A DNA stretch of 64,000 bases from Felis catus. Its lineage: Eukaryota. How positions within the stretch are numbered: the first letter of the stretch is position 1; every line of letters starts with the position of its first letter. Location: contig NC_058368.1 in assembly GCF_018350175.1 (NCBI RefSeq), positions 99,016,001 to 99,080,000 of the forward strand. Direction: 5' to 3'. Of the stretch, positions 13,821 through 26,060 are shown piece after piece. The notes beneath the pieces were generated by a model. The model was not told the origin of the DNA. It ran no database searches and saw nothing but the letters and a program-made list of their open reading frames with translations. Position numbers and translations under genes: made by a program.

Positions 13821-14519
13821 CTGAAGGGTTGGAAATTGCCCTGGATGTCTTCATTTTGGGGATTAGCAATTTAGACTGTGCCTTCTTAAGATGGCTTTTG
13901 CTTTGAAGAATATCTATGAAAGGGTTAAAGCACAATATGCACTTGAGAATACTTGTGGAATTGAAGTGAGAGGTCTTTAAAACAGCAGTTTAGAAAAATT
14001 ACTATGTTAAAGGGGACTGCAGTAAATGAAGTAAGTTAGGCTGAGTCTGAGTCAAGGGGATATAATGTGTTTCTGATGTGGCGTGACCACACAATGTCTG
14101 TGATGGCAGGTGCATTGTAACTTCGAGGCCTGGCTGAATGGCTGACACTTGGGTGTGAGTGAGGGGACTGTCAGGAGTGGAAAACAAAGAAGAACTGGAG
14201 GAGGGAAAGAAGATGGAATGATTCCATTGGTGTTTTATTTTGTCAAGCCATTTCTTGATATTTCTGGAACATTTTTCTAAATGATTTGCTTACCTCAGCC
14301 TTTTTTTGTTTCTGAACCTAGCTTTTGCCTCCAAAGATTGTAAATCAGGTCTCCTGGTTCATGCCATAGCTTCAATTTTAACAACGTAAAAAAACAAAAC
14401 AAAACAAAAAACACCTAATTCCTGAGGCTTCTAAGAGGAAGAAGAAATTGAAGTTAGACATAAGTTTCTAAGATTTCACATCCCAGAGATTTTTAAAAAA
14501 ATTCTTAGTTGAGATAATA

Positions 14520-15120
14520 TCATTCCTTCACGTGACAGCCCAATGCCTGTCTCATTTTGTTCACATTGAAAGCCAGGGTCCTAATGATGGTTTGCAAAGC
14601 CCACCTTGTGCTGAGTACCCTTACTACTCTGACCTCATGTCAAGTTGCCCTTCCCCCTTGCTGTGCAACCCATAAGCCTGCTTTCTTTCTCATCAAAGCA
14701 CTTGTTACTTTTTTTTTTTTTAACGTTTATTTATTTTTGAGACCGAGAGAGACAGAGTGTGAACGGGGGAGGGTCAGAGAGAGAGGGAGACACAGAATCT
14801 GAAACAGGCTCCAGGCTCTGAGCTATCAGCACAGAGCCCGACGCAGGGCTCAGACTCCCAAGCTGCGAGATTGTGACCTGAGCCAAAGTCGGACGTTTAA
14901 CCCACTAAGCCACCCAGGCACCCCAAATCACTTGTTACTTTTAAGGTACATTATCAAACGTGTTAACTCATGTCGTGTGTTGTCTCCCCTTTTCCGTTAG
15001 AGCACAAATTCTATCATGACGAAGATTGGTCTGTTTTGTTCAGTGTTGTATCCTTGGTCCTTAAAAGAGTGGCACTTAGCAGATCCAGCATTCAGTAACT
15101 TGCTTTTGAGTGAATAAATA
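14520..15120 (+). mobile_element. L2 3' fragment (contains a SINE)
   Basis: gtctgttttgttcagtgttgtatcc...ggcacttagcag...ttgagtgaataaat resembles the L2 3' end. Confidence 0.6.
14711..14924 (-). mobile_element. CAN-SINE (SINEC_Fc)
   Basis: Consensus-like; TSD aaa(g/t)cacttgttacttt. Confidence 0.95.
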
Positions 15121-15304
15121 TGATGCAATTCAAAGATGGAATTTGTTTTGGAAGCAAAATGAGATTGTCAATTTATCACAAAATATTGGTACAGGGAAAT
15201 AAGATCAGTAACAATTTTTTGAAGCGTTGGCTTTGTACGTTTGCATAATCATGTTGAAGAAAGTTGATTTTGTTGGTTTTGTTTTTCTTAGGCTACTCTT
15301 CATT

Positions 15305-15422
15305 TTAATAGGATATCCTTGGTGTAAACAATCCATGATCATATTTATTCAGTGAATTTGCATTGGTAATGGCCTCTGTGTCTTCTACAATAATACCTTC
15401 ATCTTTTATTAAAACTTGCAGG
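15305..15422 (-). other. Candidate terminal exon (unconfirmed)
   Basis: Strong minus-strand acceptor ttttcctttattcttactctcctatttgcag followed by open frame LQVLIKDEGIIVEDTEAITNANSLNKYDHGLFTPRISY*; no known protein recognised. Confidence 0.2.
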
Positions 15423-16947
15423 CTGCAAATAGGAGAGTAAGAATAAAGGAAAACATAGGGAAAGCGGAGGAAGATCAGACAAACACTTTTTGTCACTCTA
15501 TATTTTTAGTCACATCAGTACTTCTCTCTACCTTTTAAAGGGCACCTTCCTAGTTTCCTGCTGGGGAAGGTGGGCTGAGTTCTTCGTACTGTGTGTGAGA
15601 CATGAGGGGAAGAAAGAGAAGAGGGTTGATGGTTTGTACCTCTTCCTTTTCCTCTTCACATTACAGTTTGCTGTTTTTCTCAAGGAAAATAAAGCATTCA
15701 TTTTACTTAGAAAAATTTGAAGCTAGGCTTTTCACACATTACAGTAATCTTTTTCTACATGCACCATGCATTTTCATAGAAACTAACTTTTGAAAGCACA
15801 GAGGGAAGGAAAAGACCTGATGCTCTCCCTGCAGGATTGCTTCTTGTTACTGTAACAGGAGTCTGAAGGACCAGAAACACAGCAAGGGGCAGGGCATGCT
15901 TGGCGCAAACAACAGCTCAAAGACAAAACAAACAAACAAAAAAATAGGAAACATCAATTATGTATTAGAGAAAGGTGTTCAGTTAATGATCACAGCAGAT
16001 GCAGCTTTGTTTACACACACACAAAAATTAGTCTCCCCACACTTGGTGTTCAACCTTGAAAACCCAGTCTCATTAGTCTGAAAGAATCTGTTCTAATTAT
16101 TCTTCAAATTAGAAATTCCTGAAGGAATGTGACCCATTCCAGCTAGCTGATAAACACCACTCAAAAGGGATTTCTTGATCCTGACTTTGGGAAAACCTCA
16201 TTGCAGATCCTGTGCTACCCTGGTAAGCAGGATATTACTCTGAAAATCTTTCCTCTGTTACTGGGTCATCACTGAGACCCAAACATATCTCAAGAGAGTC
16301 TTTTCTTCATGATGAAGCTGAGTAGGGAGTCAAACATGAGTAAAAGAAACCATTTGAGCCTGTTGGCAACTGCTTTAATCCGTAAACATCTAGTCATGGG
16401 AACAACTGACATCTTTATTGAGTTTACAAAGCCCTTCTCAGGCACCTTATTTTGGTGAGCCTTCTAAACAGCACTGTGAATTAGGAGAAATGTGTATCTG
16501 TTTTTGGTACTGGTGGCTACCAATTTGACCTTAGTTATAGCAAAAAAAGAGATTTTGGTAGGCTGGCTGTCCTGAACTCAGCTGGGAGGGTTACTAGTTT
16601 CTTCTATATGGTACCTGTTAGTTACTGTGGCTCATAGCAAAATTTGGGGTTAAATTTTATGTGCAGGATTGGTGAGGTAATGGATCTACTTAGAAGAAAT
16701 CAGAAGAGCAGGTAAAGCTCACTTCTACTCCAATGCGAGAGTTTTGGATTGCAAGTAGGCTAGTAACATGTAAAATAACAACAAAATACATCTAAAGTTA
16801 AAAGAAATTTATAGTAAATAAGAGTAACAATAGCTGGCAACTTTAACCAGAGAAGTCACATTAACTTAACTTTCAGGCATTAGAAACACATGCATATTTA
16901 CATAATGCCAAATTTTAGTATTTTAGGATAACCTTTAACATTACAAA

Positions 16948-17459
16948 TGTCAGAAGTCCCCATGGCCACCCTATGACTGATTCCCTAGATGAACTCACAG
17001 GAGTCAGAGCTCTATATAGGAGCTCCTATACATGAGTATGGCTTAGAAGTATGAAGAGAAAAAGATGAAAATCGCCAGTTGGAACAAATGCAAAAGGTGC
17101 ATGGGAGAGAAGGTCTTGGAGAAATCAGTCATAAGCTTCTAGGTGTCTTCTCCAGTGGAATGTCCCAGGATGCACTGAGCCTTTGTATTAGTGGTCATTC
17201 AGGCAGGCATTGCATGTGGCTTATACAGGTAACTACTCTGCTAGTTAAATTCCAGAACATCAAAGAGAAGAAGCCTCGGTTTACCATAAGTCATATTGCT
17301 AGGATAAACTATCTGGTCAAACAGGAACAGTATAGCCCAAGACTGCAGGCAGTCAAAAACAGTTTTATTAGGCAAAACTTTCCAAAGGCTCAGAGCTCAG
17401 CAGTCCTGAGTCAGCCAAGAGCAGTCCTGAATAAAGGCTAGGTTAGCCCTCTCCTGCAC
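16948..17459 (-). mobile_element. MER77-like LTR
   Basis: tgtcagaagtccccatggccaccc...actcacagga...tctccagtggaat resembles the recalled MER77/MER21 family consensus. Confidence 0.6.
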
Positions 17460-18513
17460 TTTATGTTATCTCCGTGCCCAAACACTAAAACCATTAAGTG
17501 AAGAGTCTTTGAGAACAACTTCTTCTCAACCATTGTAAAGTCATTCAAATACTCTGCATGTATTGATCATTTATTTTTTATAAATTTATTGTAATACCAT
17601 TTACCATTTTTATATTTTCTTTAAAGATAAACTGAATTTGCTCCATTATTCTAAAAATGTACTTTTACATAGTAAAATTTATTGGGCTATCCTCATACTA
17701 ACTGGATTGGTTCGCCCTTTAGCTGGCTCTTTTAGTTTCAAAGACTCAAAACTCAGAATTTTTCCTTCTGCTTTTCCTTGCCTTTAGTCACCAGCCATAT
17801 TTTGTAAACCTGCTTGTTTTTTTTCTGAAAATGTGGACCCGAAGTATTTTTTAACTTTTTCTTAATTATGGTTGATTCTTTACCTATATGCCTTTTAAAA
17901 ATGGATTTGCATTGTTGTCCCTTGGTAGCATGTATATGATTTTAAAAACAAGTTTTAACCAAACACCGTTTATGGTTTGTGCCTTCATATTTCTTAATAA
18001 CCCACTTTATGCAATTTCTTGAATTTCCAATTTTGGACAGTATTGACTTACAAATAAGAATATGGAAGATGGATATTTATTTCTCTCATATCAAACAAAC
18101 ATTTACTCTCCTATATTTCTAATAGAGTTGTAGTTGGGGGGGTGTTTAAATTTTATGCCTTTATAATTTAGAACTGAGACATACAGTGTATTATGTTTTC
18201 TATTTTCTATAATTTTAGGACTTACCTGGAGTGAATAAGTACTTGCCTTTTATTATTTGCTTAGTTTTTTTTTTAATATAACTTTCACAAGTTTACCCAA
18301 AATTCATCAAAGAATTAAAAATATTCTGTAAATATGACCAAAACCATCAAGCCACCTATCAGCTTGTTGAAGGCCTCCTTCATCCTGCGCTCTGGGCTGA
18401 TTTCTCTTCAGCTCTTCTGCAGGCTACCGATCTGCGGCTTCCTTGCATTAGCAGGCTTAGAATTTTTTGACTGTTTTCCTTTGGTGGCTTTTATATTCCC
18501 TAGATTGCATATA

Positions 18514-19738
18514 TTTTGACACCAACTGGTATATGGCAGTACAATTCTGATAACGAGTCAGAGTTAACACAGACGCTACAAATTAAAGACATGATTCTCA
18601 ACTGCCCTCACTTCAGACACCAGCTCCACTTTGGGTCTCCCAAGGCCACCCACAACTCTGACCAACTGTGTACAAATTCACAGGATCCCAGGATATCCTC
18701 AAATTCAATAATTTGTTAGACTCACAGAACTGAGAAAAGTATTCTTAGAATTACATTTTAACTTTACAGGATACTATGGAGCAGGTCTGGGAGAGTCCCA
18801 AACCCAGAGCTTCTGTTGCAGGATTTTTTACCACAATACCTGGGATTCCTTGTCTTGCTGCTTTGAAGAATAGAGAGGTTGACACAAAATGAGCAGCAGG
18901 CAAATTAGAACATCAGAAAGGAAGAATTGTAGGATAAGCTCTCTTTACATAGAAGTGATATTCTCTTAAGTGAATGCCCCAGGACTATAGGGGAGGGTCC
19001 TTGTTTTATAAGTTGCTGATCAGCCCTCCATCTTCCCTTCCCCCTTGTTCCTTCTCACATTCTACCCTTACAGGTTTGATAGCTCTAGGTGCTGGGTTAT
19101 CCGTTCCTGATTGGCTTGTTTTCATTGTATCGGGGTAGTCTTTGGCCACAGTTAGGTCTTTTGTCAAATTACTGAGGGAAAGCTGAGGTGGGGGGAGGGG
19201 GTAGGTGGGGTCTGTTAAATTCTTAAGAGGAACCTTATGCCTGAGGGGGTTTGCTGTGGTCAGACCCTCCAGGCATTGTTCCAAAATACATGTTTTTCCC
19301 AATCCAGGGACCTCAGGTGCTAATCCTTTCCCTCTCTGCCTACTGAATCCTGTCTTCTCCTACCCTGTTTCCATACCCTGTCCCCATGGAATCAGAGTGT
19401 GCCTCGTGTAAGCATATTGCCAGCCAGAGAGCTCTAGTGAGCCTTGATGTAGAAATTTTTTTATTGGGATTTCATTATGTAAGTGTGATTGATTTAATCA
19501 TGGGCCCCATGGCTGATCTTCCCTGGAGGTTGGGTTGGCTCAAAGTCCTAACCCTCTGATCAGATGGTTGGCCTTTCTCTTGACCAGCCTTCAGTCCTCA
19601 TCATCTCATTAATGTTTACTAAGGTGTGATCTAAAGGGTTCTTGATTAACAGAGACCTTCCTCTCACTTTGGAAATTCCAAGGGTTTAGTCTTTCTCCAG
19701 GGACCAGAAATAATGGTCAAATTTCTCATTGTACAACA
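18514..19738 (-). mobile_element. MER21-like LTR split by a nested LTR
   Basis: tgacaccaactgg, cacttcagacaccagc, gtctcccaaggccacccacaactctgaccaact; resumes at ccccatggaatcag through to ttggaaattccaaggg. Confidence 0.75.
18814..19367 (-). mobile_element. Carnivore-type ERV solo LTR nested in MER21
   Basis: ~550 bp non-MER21 sequence starting tgttgca that interrupts MER21 at gagcttc|; minus-strand CCAAT (19110-19114) and TATAAAA (19004-19010). Confidence 0.55.
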
Positions 19739-20130
19739 GTGTTTCATCCTGTTTCTTGGTTTGTTACATTATTTTGGTGGAATGCATCTTTGAGAAGCTT
19801 TCCCTGGTTCATAAGACGTGCATTGTTTCTCAGATATTACCTAAAGATACATCTCTTTGTCACATCTTATGGATAGTTTATATGAATATAGTCATCAGTG
19901 TTGGAAACAGTAGTCTGTCAAGATTTGCAAGGCATTCGTTCACTCTCCTGTGGCTTCCAGTGTTTCAAATGAATAATCTGATGCTTTTCACAAAACTGAT
20001 TATTTGTATGAGACTTGCTCTTCTGCCACCTTATTACTTTCTACATATTATTTATGTCTTTTATTTTTTCACTGGATTCCAAAGTGGTTCTGTTTTGTTG
20101 AAGGCCATATCTCTTACTTTTCACTCATAC

Positions 20131-20201
20131 CACTTGTCCACAGCTGCTCTCCTGTGGCTCTCCTCCATATTGTTTTTACTGTGGGACCCATGTTGATATG
20201 T
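20131..20201 (-). other. Candidate 71-nt internal exon (unconfirmed)
   Basis: Acceptor ttatttctttttcctttgccatcaaatcttgcag| and donor GTG|gtatga on the minus strand. Confidence 0.18.
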
Positions 20202-20865
20202 CTGCAAGATTTGATGGCAAAGGAAAAAGAAATAAAGTAAATCAAGAAAGAGCTTTAACAACATCTGCCAGGAAGTGCTGTCTCTGGTCACATATAATTG
20301 AACAAAGAAAATCACATAGTAATGCCAATGGTACAGGGAGAGACATAGTAGGCAAAATACAGTCTACCATGCCATGATCCTGCCATGATCACAGCCCTTT
20401 TAAGTTTACATTTCATTTTGGGCCACAATGCTTAGAAATATATATATTTCTATACATATTTATTTCTCTCTATATATATGTTTTCCAGCCTGTTTTGAGA
20501 TTTGAATAGGGAATTGGGGGATTTCACTGTTCACAATCTAGAGTTATAATTAATCATCATATCTTTGGTATATAGCTTTATCACATTCAGTTGTGCCTGG
20601 CTTCCCCAAGTCCAGAAGCATTCCTGACCTGATTTTGATGCATTATTTCTAAGTGTTTGCTGGGATAGGTGACCAGCAGCCCTGTGTTGGGTGAAACTGG
20701 GGAAAAGACCTTAGGATGCACATATATACATTTTCAAAAAATTCTCCTGTTTTGAGACAGACCCCTCACCCTGCCTTTCAGAGATCCTGGAGTGTCTAGT
20801 CTCTGAATTATGCTGTGGCCATGAGTTTGCTTCTGGTTGGCTTACTCATCCACAAGCAATTGTAA

Positions 20866-20867
<2 letters not shown>

Positions 20868-20906
<39 letters not shown>
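20868..20906. repeat. (AC)n microsatellite
   Basis: About 19 perfect units followed by TA-rich sequence. Confidence 0.97.
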
Positions 20907-20909
<3 letters not shown>

Positions 20910-22448
20910 TATACATATATATAACGTATATGTATATGTGTACTTGTATATATATATTTCATTCTGACAAGATAGTTTTCTCTAGCTCTTCTGCTTCCTA
21001 TTTCCAAAACTTTTTGATGTTTTTAATCTTCTGTCATTTGTCATATTCTTTCCTGTTGTTTTGTTCGTGTGGCTTTATATATTTTGAATATTATTTCAGT
21101 AAGGATTTAGAAAGAAAAACATGTTTAACTCATCACATTTAATTGAAAGCCTCATGTTAGTCACCACACAGCTAATTATCATTGTGCTTTTTTTTTTTTT
21201 TTTAATCACATGGCATCTACATTTATGGCTATGGTTGTTTGCTTTCTTGTTCATTGCTCTTATGTTTTTTACATACCTCTTCTAAGTATTAAAAAGACAC
21301 TGATCTACCAGATTAGTTAACACAGTATTGTTTTTTCTTCATACTGTACAACCCCGTCTTATAGCTTTGCTCAAATCTCTAGAATATTCATCTCTATGTT
21401 GGATTCATACAGTATTGAGTTAGGTTGAAAAATAAGATTGTATGCTTTTTGCTTTTATGTGCTTCTGAGTCTTTAACATGTTTTTCTCCAGATGCCCTCA
21501 GGATAACACTTTCTGTTAAAATTATTACCTTGACTAATAGAAAAAAAATAAAATTGTGTTATAAAATCTTTCATTTCCTTACTGGGCACAATATATAATT
21601 TTTATGTCATGTTCTAAGAGTAATAAATTGCAGTGTTTGGGATTAACATTGTTAGTGAAAGCAGAACTGTTTGGTTAAAGGATTTTATGAGACAAGGCAC
21701 TTAAATACTCACATGATATTTAATAGTTCTGATTCCTTTACTGTCCTCATATTGAATAACTGATCCCATAGTAATTGAAAAAAATTCATTGTGAACTAGC
21801 ACATAGTTCACCTAATAGCTGTGGCATACTCATCATCTTGATACATGATGATATCGTTGGATTTATTACTCAGTCACAGAATAAGCTTCTGTTATAGTTT
21901 GACAATGCACTGCTACTTTAACCATGCCCAACTCTCAAAGATGGCTTCTTGACTCTTAATTGAGGTGTAGGTGACATATGTAAATGAAATGTGTCCAGGA
22001 GGCTGTCCCCTGGATGTTCTAGAATTCGTGATAAATAGGTGGAACAGAAATGACTTCACAATTTTCTTCTTGAAGGAACACACTAAAGCACTAGCCAAAT
22101 TTGGAATCAGTGTCATGGATTAATGGTCTAGATAAAATGTATACTGTCTATGACATATAGTAATTTTCACTGTATCTCTTTTTGAAACAAGTATTGTGTA
22201 AAAAATAAAATAAGAATGTTCTTAGTGAACTGTCCATTGTCCTGTGGGTTATATACTGAGTTGGCATGTATGGAATATATGAAATGTTTGACTTTTTCTG
22301 TTTTCAGGTATGATATACAAAGTATGTCCTTTCATGTTCCTTAACATTGAGTAAAGGGGGAAGGCATGGGCAACCACGATAAATCCATCTCTAATGTTTA
22401 GTTATAGTACCAGAATTGGAGTCACATGGACGTGAGAGAAAGCTATTT

Positions 22449-22814
22449 TTTATTATAAGCAAGGTTTTATTAATCTTGGGGAAGTGTCAATCTGTCTGAA
22501 TTCATCTTCAGCAGGTGGATCCCAACTCCACCAATGTGATTGTTTTTGTATGGGATGTGTGTGCTTTTCTTTGGGAAGATGTTGAATTTCATGCAGTTTC
22601 CTTTCTTTACTGAAGAACCTTCAGAGAGGGTTGGTTGGTTCATTTTCAGTCTCGACAGTGGTACATGTCTCCAAGTAATTCTTGTGTAAATACATGCTCT
22701 TCTCAATAGATGTGATGGCCCTGGGTGTTTTTTCTAGTGTTTGCCACGTCTTCTAATGTTTGTGCCCCTTCAGAAGAAATACCAAGTTCCTCTTGTGAAG
22801 GCTTTGAAGAACAC
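22449..22814 (-). other. Candidate terminal exon with two AATAAA signals (unconfirmed)
   Basis: Acceptor cctcctccccatctcaatcctacttcttggaag| at 22814; AATAAA at 22471-22466 and 22454-22449 on the minus strand; no repeat recognised. Confidence 0.25.
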
Positions 22815-23468
22815 CTTCCAAGAAGTAGGATTGAGATGGGGAGGAGGATTATATTTTTTTCACAAAAATATTATAAATGATTTTTTGCTCTTTCTTCTAA
22901 GCTTTCACCCCAAATTTCAAATCCTTAGAAATTCAGAGGCTAGAAATGGATATTGTGCTCAGTTCACGTGATCAATCTCATTCTGACTGTGGCACAAGGA
23001 TGGAACTCAGGATTCTACATACAGCTCATGAGTTAACCTTCCAGGGAATGAAGTGGTCGTCTTCCTTTCTTCTCAGCACCTCAACTATTTGTGAGTGGTT
23101 CAGCTAGATATGCCTCCAGAGAACTTGACACCGGGGGAAATAACTTCTTCATTTTACCGAGAGGGGCATTGTTTCTCAGCAATATTTCTCAAACTTTTTT
23201 TTTTTCCTCCTCTGAAGTTTATCAAGGAGTAGAATGTGGAGTGGTCATGGCAGCTGTAAGAGAGGAACACGGGGATGATGGTAGTAGATCTGATTTTATT
23301 GACCTTGTTATGCCCTCATGTATGGTGTGTGTCCCAATTATATTTGGCCATCCTTAAATGCAGAATAATTGGCATTTTTGATTTAAATGTGTGAGCCCTC
23401 GTTAAAAGCATCCTATAATTTTATCACAGTTAAATAAACCACAGTGTTGTTAGAGATGGTGGCTAAAT

Positions 23469-23703
23469 CAGAGGTCAGCAAACATGGGCCGTAGACTAAA
23501 TAACCCACCCTTTTTGTATTTAAAGTTTTGTTGGAGCATAGCCATACTCATTTGGTTATTGTTAATGACTCATTTGGTTATTGTTAATGGCTTCTTTTGT
23601 GCTGCAACAACAAGTTGACGAGTTGCAGTGGTGACTACATTGTCCACATAGCCTAATATGTTTTTTCATCTGAACTTGTACAGACAAAGTTTGCTGATCC
23701 CTG
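23469..23703 (+). mobile_element. MER58A (hAT-Charlie) DNA transposon
   Basis: TIRs cagaggtcagcaaac / gtttgctgatccctg; 8-bp TSD ggctaaat/gtctaaat. Confidence 0.9.
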
Positions 23704-24071
23704 GTCTAAATTACTTCCATTTGTCTATTCATCAGTTTGTCACTATTACTATAATTTTCATAATGCAACCCATCATAAAATTTGAGTATCATGTGTACCA
23801 AGGACAGGTACATATATGTCTTAGATTTTTGGGTTGCATTAAAAATGTCTGCAAAAATCAATACACACTATGGAAAGGACTAGGGAAATAAGGGAACAAT
23901 ATAAGATCAGCAATTGGGATCTGTCTCTAACAGGTAATACTGGGGATGGGATGACAAAAATAAATTTACTTTAGAAAAATTTGAACCATTTGATGTGATG
24001 ATGACTGAGCATTCAGCTTAATTCTGGATTGAGTTTTGATACCTCTATCCATATGGAAATTTGATACTTAC

Positions 24072-24280
24072 CTAGAAAATCCAGAAGTACATGAAAAACC
24101 ATTAAAAGAACACGTATTGCCCATCGGAGTTCCACAGTCATATCAGGTGGCACACGCAACACCAATATAGTAGGTACATGTTTATTTTAAAAAGCTCAAA
24201 GATCATCTTCAAAAATATTACCCTTCTAATGATAACCAGTTGTTATGCTGATGATCATTGACCAGTCCCAAACGTGAAAC
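24072..24280 (-). other. Candidate 209-nt exon (unconfirmed)
   Basis: Acceptor ttttacatctcttgaatacag| and near-consensus donor TAG|gtaagta on the minus strand; contains ATGs at 24141 and 24124. Confidence 0.3.
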
Positions 24281-25249
24281 CTGTATTCAAGAGATGTAAA
24301 ATGAAATATCCACTGTCCCACATCAAGAAAATAGCCCAAATTCAATAGATTGATAAGAAAGTATTATGATATAGTATAAGAGCAACCTTGGCCATAGGGG
24401 ATACATTAAGATTTACAACTACAATTGAACAATAAGATATTCAGTATTATGCTTTTACAGTGAGTTTAATGGAAAGATGTGAAACATAACATAGAGAACA
24501 GTGTGTCCTCTTCTTGAATCCGAGACCCTGGAAATCTCTACTAAAATCTAAAAGCAAGGATCTAAGAGTAGAGGGGTCATTACTGAAATTGCAGTTATGT
24601 CTATAGCTATCTCTGGAATCTTTTGTTCATGTGGTGACCACTGGCTCTTAGCATTGTGATCCAGCCCTCATTCCATCATCCTCAGTTCTTGCCTATAGTG
24701 TGCCTGAGATCCTACCTCCAGGTTACAACTTGTTTTTCACTCTGATTCTCTAGATTTTTCCTCCTTTTGGAATTGTTATAATGCTGTGATCTCAAAACTT
24801 TGCAGCTGATTCCTGCTACTGGCAGTCAGATATCCCAAATATCAAATTATTCTCTATATTGTCAATGCCTAATAACTGTTTAATGGATGAGAAGTGACCT
24901 TACGGTCCATTTGTAGCTTCTGAATAGCTATAATCCAGATTTCTTGCTGCTAGCCACTATAGAAATTGCTCTAGTGGCCATCACTTTTGAAATGCAAACC
25001 GTTTTCTGCAGTGTGCATGAGACTACTCTGTGTTGACTGATGTTCCTAGGAACCTGCTCCTAAGGACCTACCAGCCAGGCCTATCCTGTTCCAGTGTGTG
25101 AGCTCTTTCAAGCTTCACTTTTTTTTCCCTCTTCTGTGGTCCCATGTTTCCATGGAAACCATCCTGCCCTGTGGCATTTGCCTGAAATACAGCATGCTAT
25201 ACCTGACATAGTATTTAATAGTTTATAAGATGGACCTGGAAATGAGATC

Positions 25250-25490
25250 TGTATCACGGTGAGGTAGTGAAAGAAAATAACTGGATTTATATGAGGCTTG
25301 TGTGCAAGTCCTGGCTCTGTCACTTTCTAAAAATTACATCATTTCTGTGAACCATACTTTCCTCATCTGTAATAAAAAAAAAATAGGAAATTCATGTTAT
25401 TTTTGTAGTTACAACGGGAAAATGAAAGGACATAATTTACATAAAGCATCTATTTCAGTGTGTGTCTCATAGTGCGTATACAATAATGAT
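25250..25490 (+). mobile_element. MIR
   Basis: aagtcctggctctgtcactt...tttcctcatctgtaa core. Confidence 0.7.
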
Positions 25491-26013
25491 TAGCTCCCTG
25501 TGTTCTCTTTAAGGAGCAATCTATTTTCAGTAAGGGTACTTTTATTGTAGAGACAGTTTATGTTTTCAGAGTTCAAATAAGGAACAAACCTGAGGGCTGC
25601 ATGTATTTAGCAGAAGCTTTTAGGGGAGGTGGGAAGTTCTTCTAAGACTTGAAAAATGTAAAAAAAAAATCTAATGTACCTCGAACTTTAGTTCTAATAA
25701 TATTTCTAATAATTTAGTTCTAATACTGTTCTAAGGTGCAAAGCCACAGGTGAATGAAGACCCCTGTAACTCATGGGAGGTGGTGGTGGGGGTCATTCTG
25801 GTTAACTCTACCTGGAAAAGATTCAGAGATTTATTTGGGCTTTTCACTGTATTTAACAGAATCCAGTGTAGTTTAAGTAGTCAAGGAATCAATCAAAGGC
25901 TATTGCAAATGTTTCATCATATCAGGAGAGTTTAAGAGCCAGCTTAGAGGCTGATGGTGTTGATTTACCAGAGAAGAGCCTACTAACCCCACAACTTAGA
26001 ATGCAGGGAATTT

Positions 26014-26016
<3 letters not shown>

Positions 26017-26060
<44 letters not shown>

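Noticed and set aside
17079..17441. 120-aa ORF
   Set aside because: Lies within the MER77-like LTR; non-ATG start
19729..20196. Longest ORF in the track (155 aa, hydrophobic)
   Set aside because: Non-ATG start, T-rich sequence resembling an old antisense L1 relic, no recognisable domain
21830..21912. ATGATGA C-box-like motif
   Set aside because: No properly placed CTGA D box or terminal stem; not a snoRNA
22470..24124. Superficial resemblance of the MGN- peptide to GCSAM/C11orf52-type adaptors
   Set aside because: Only the N-terminal acylation-like motif is shared; no alignable similarity, so no gene symbol was assigned
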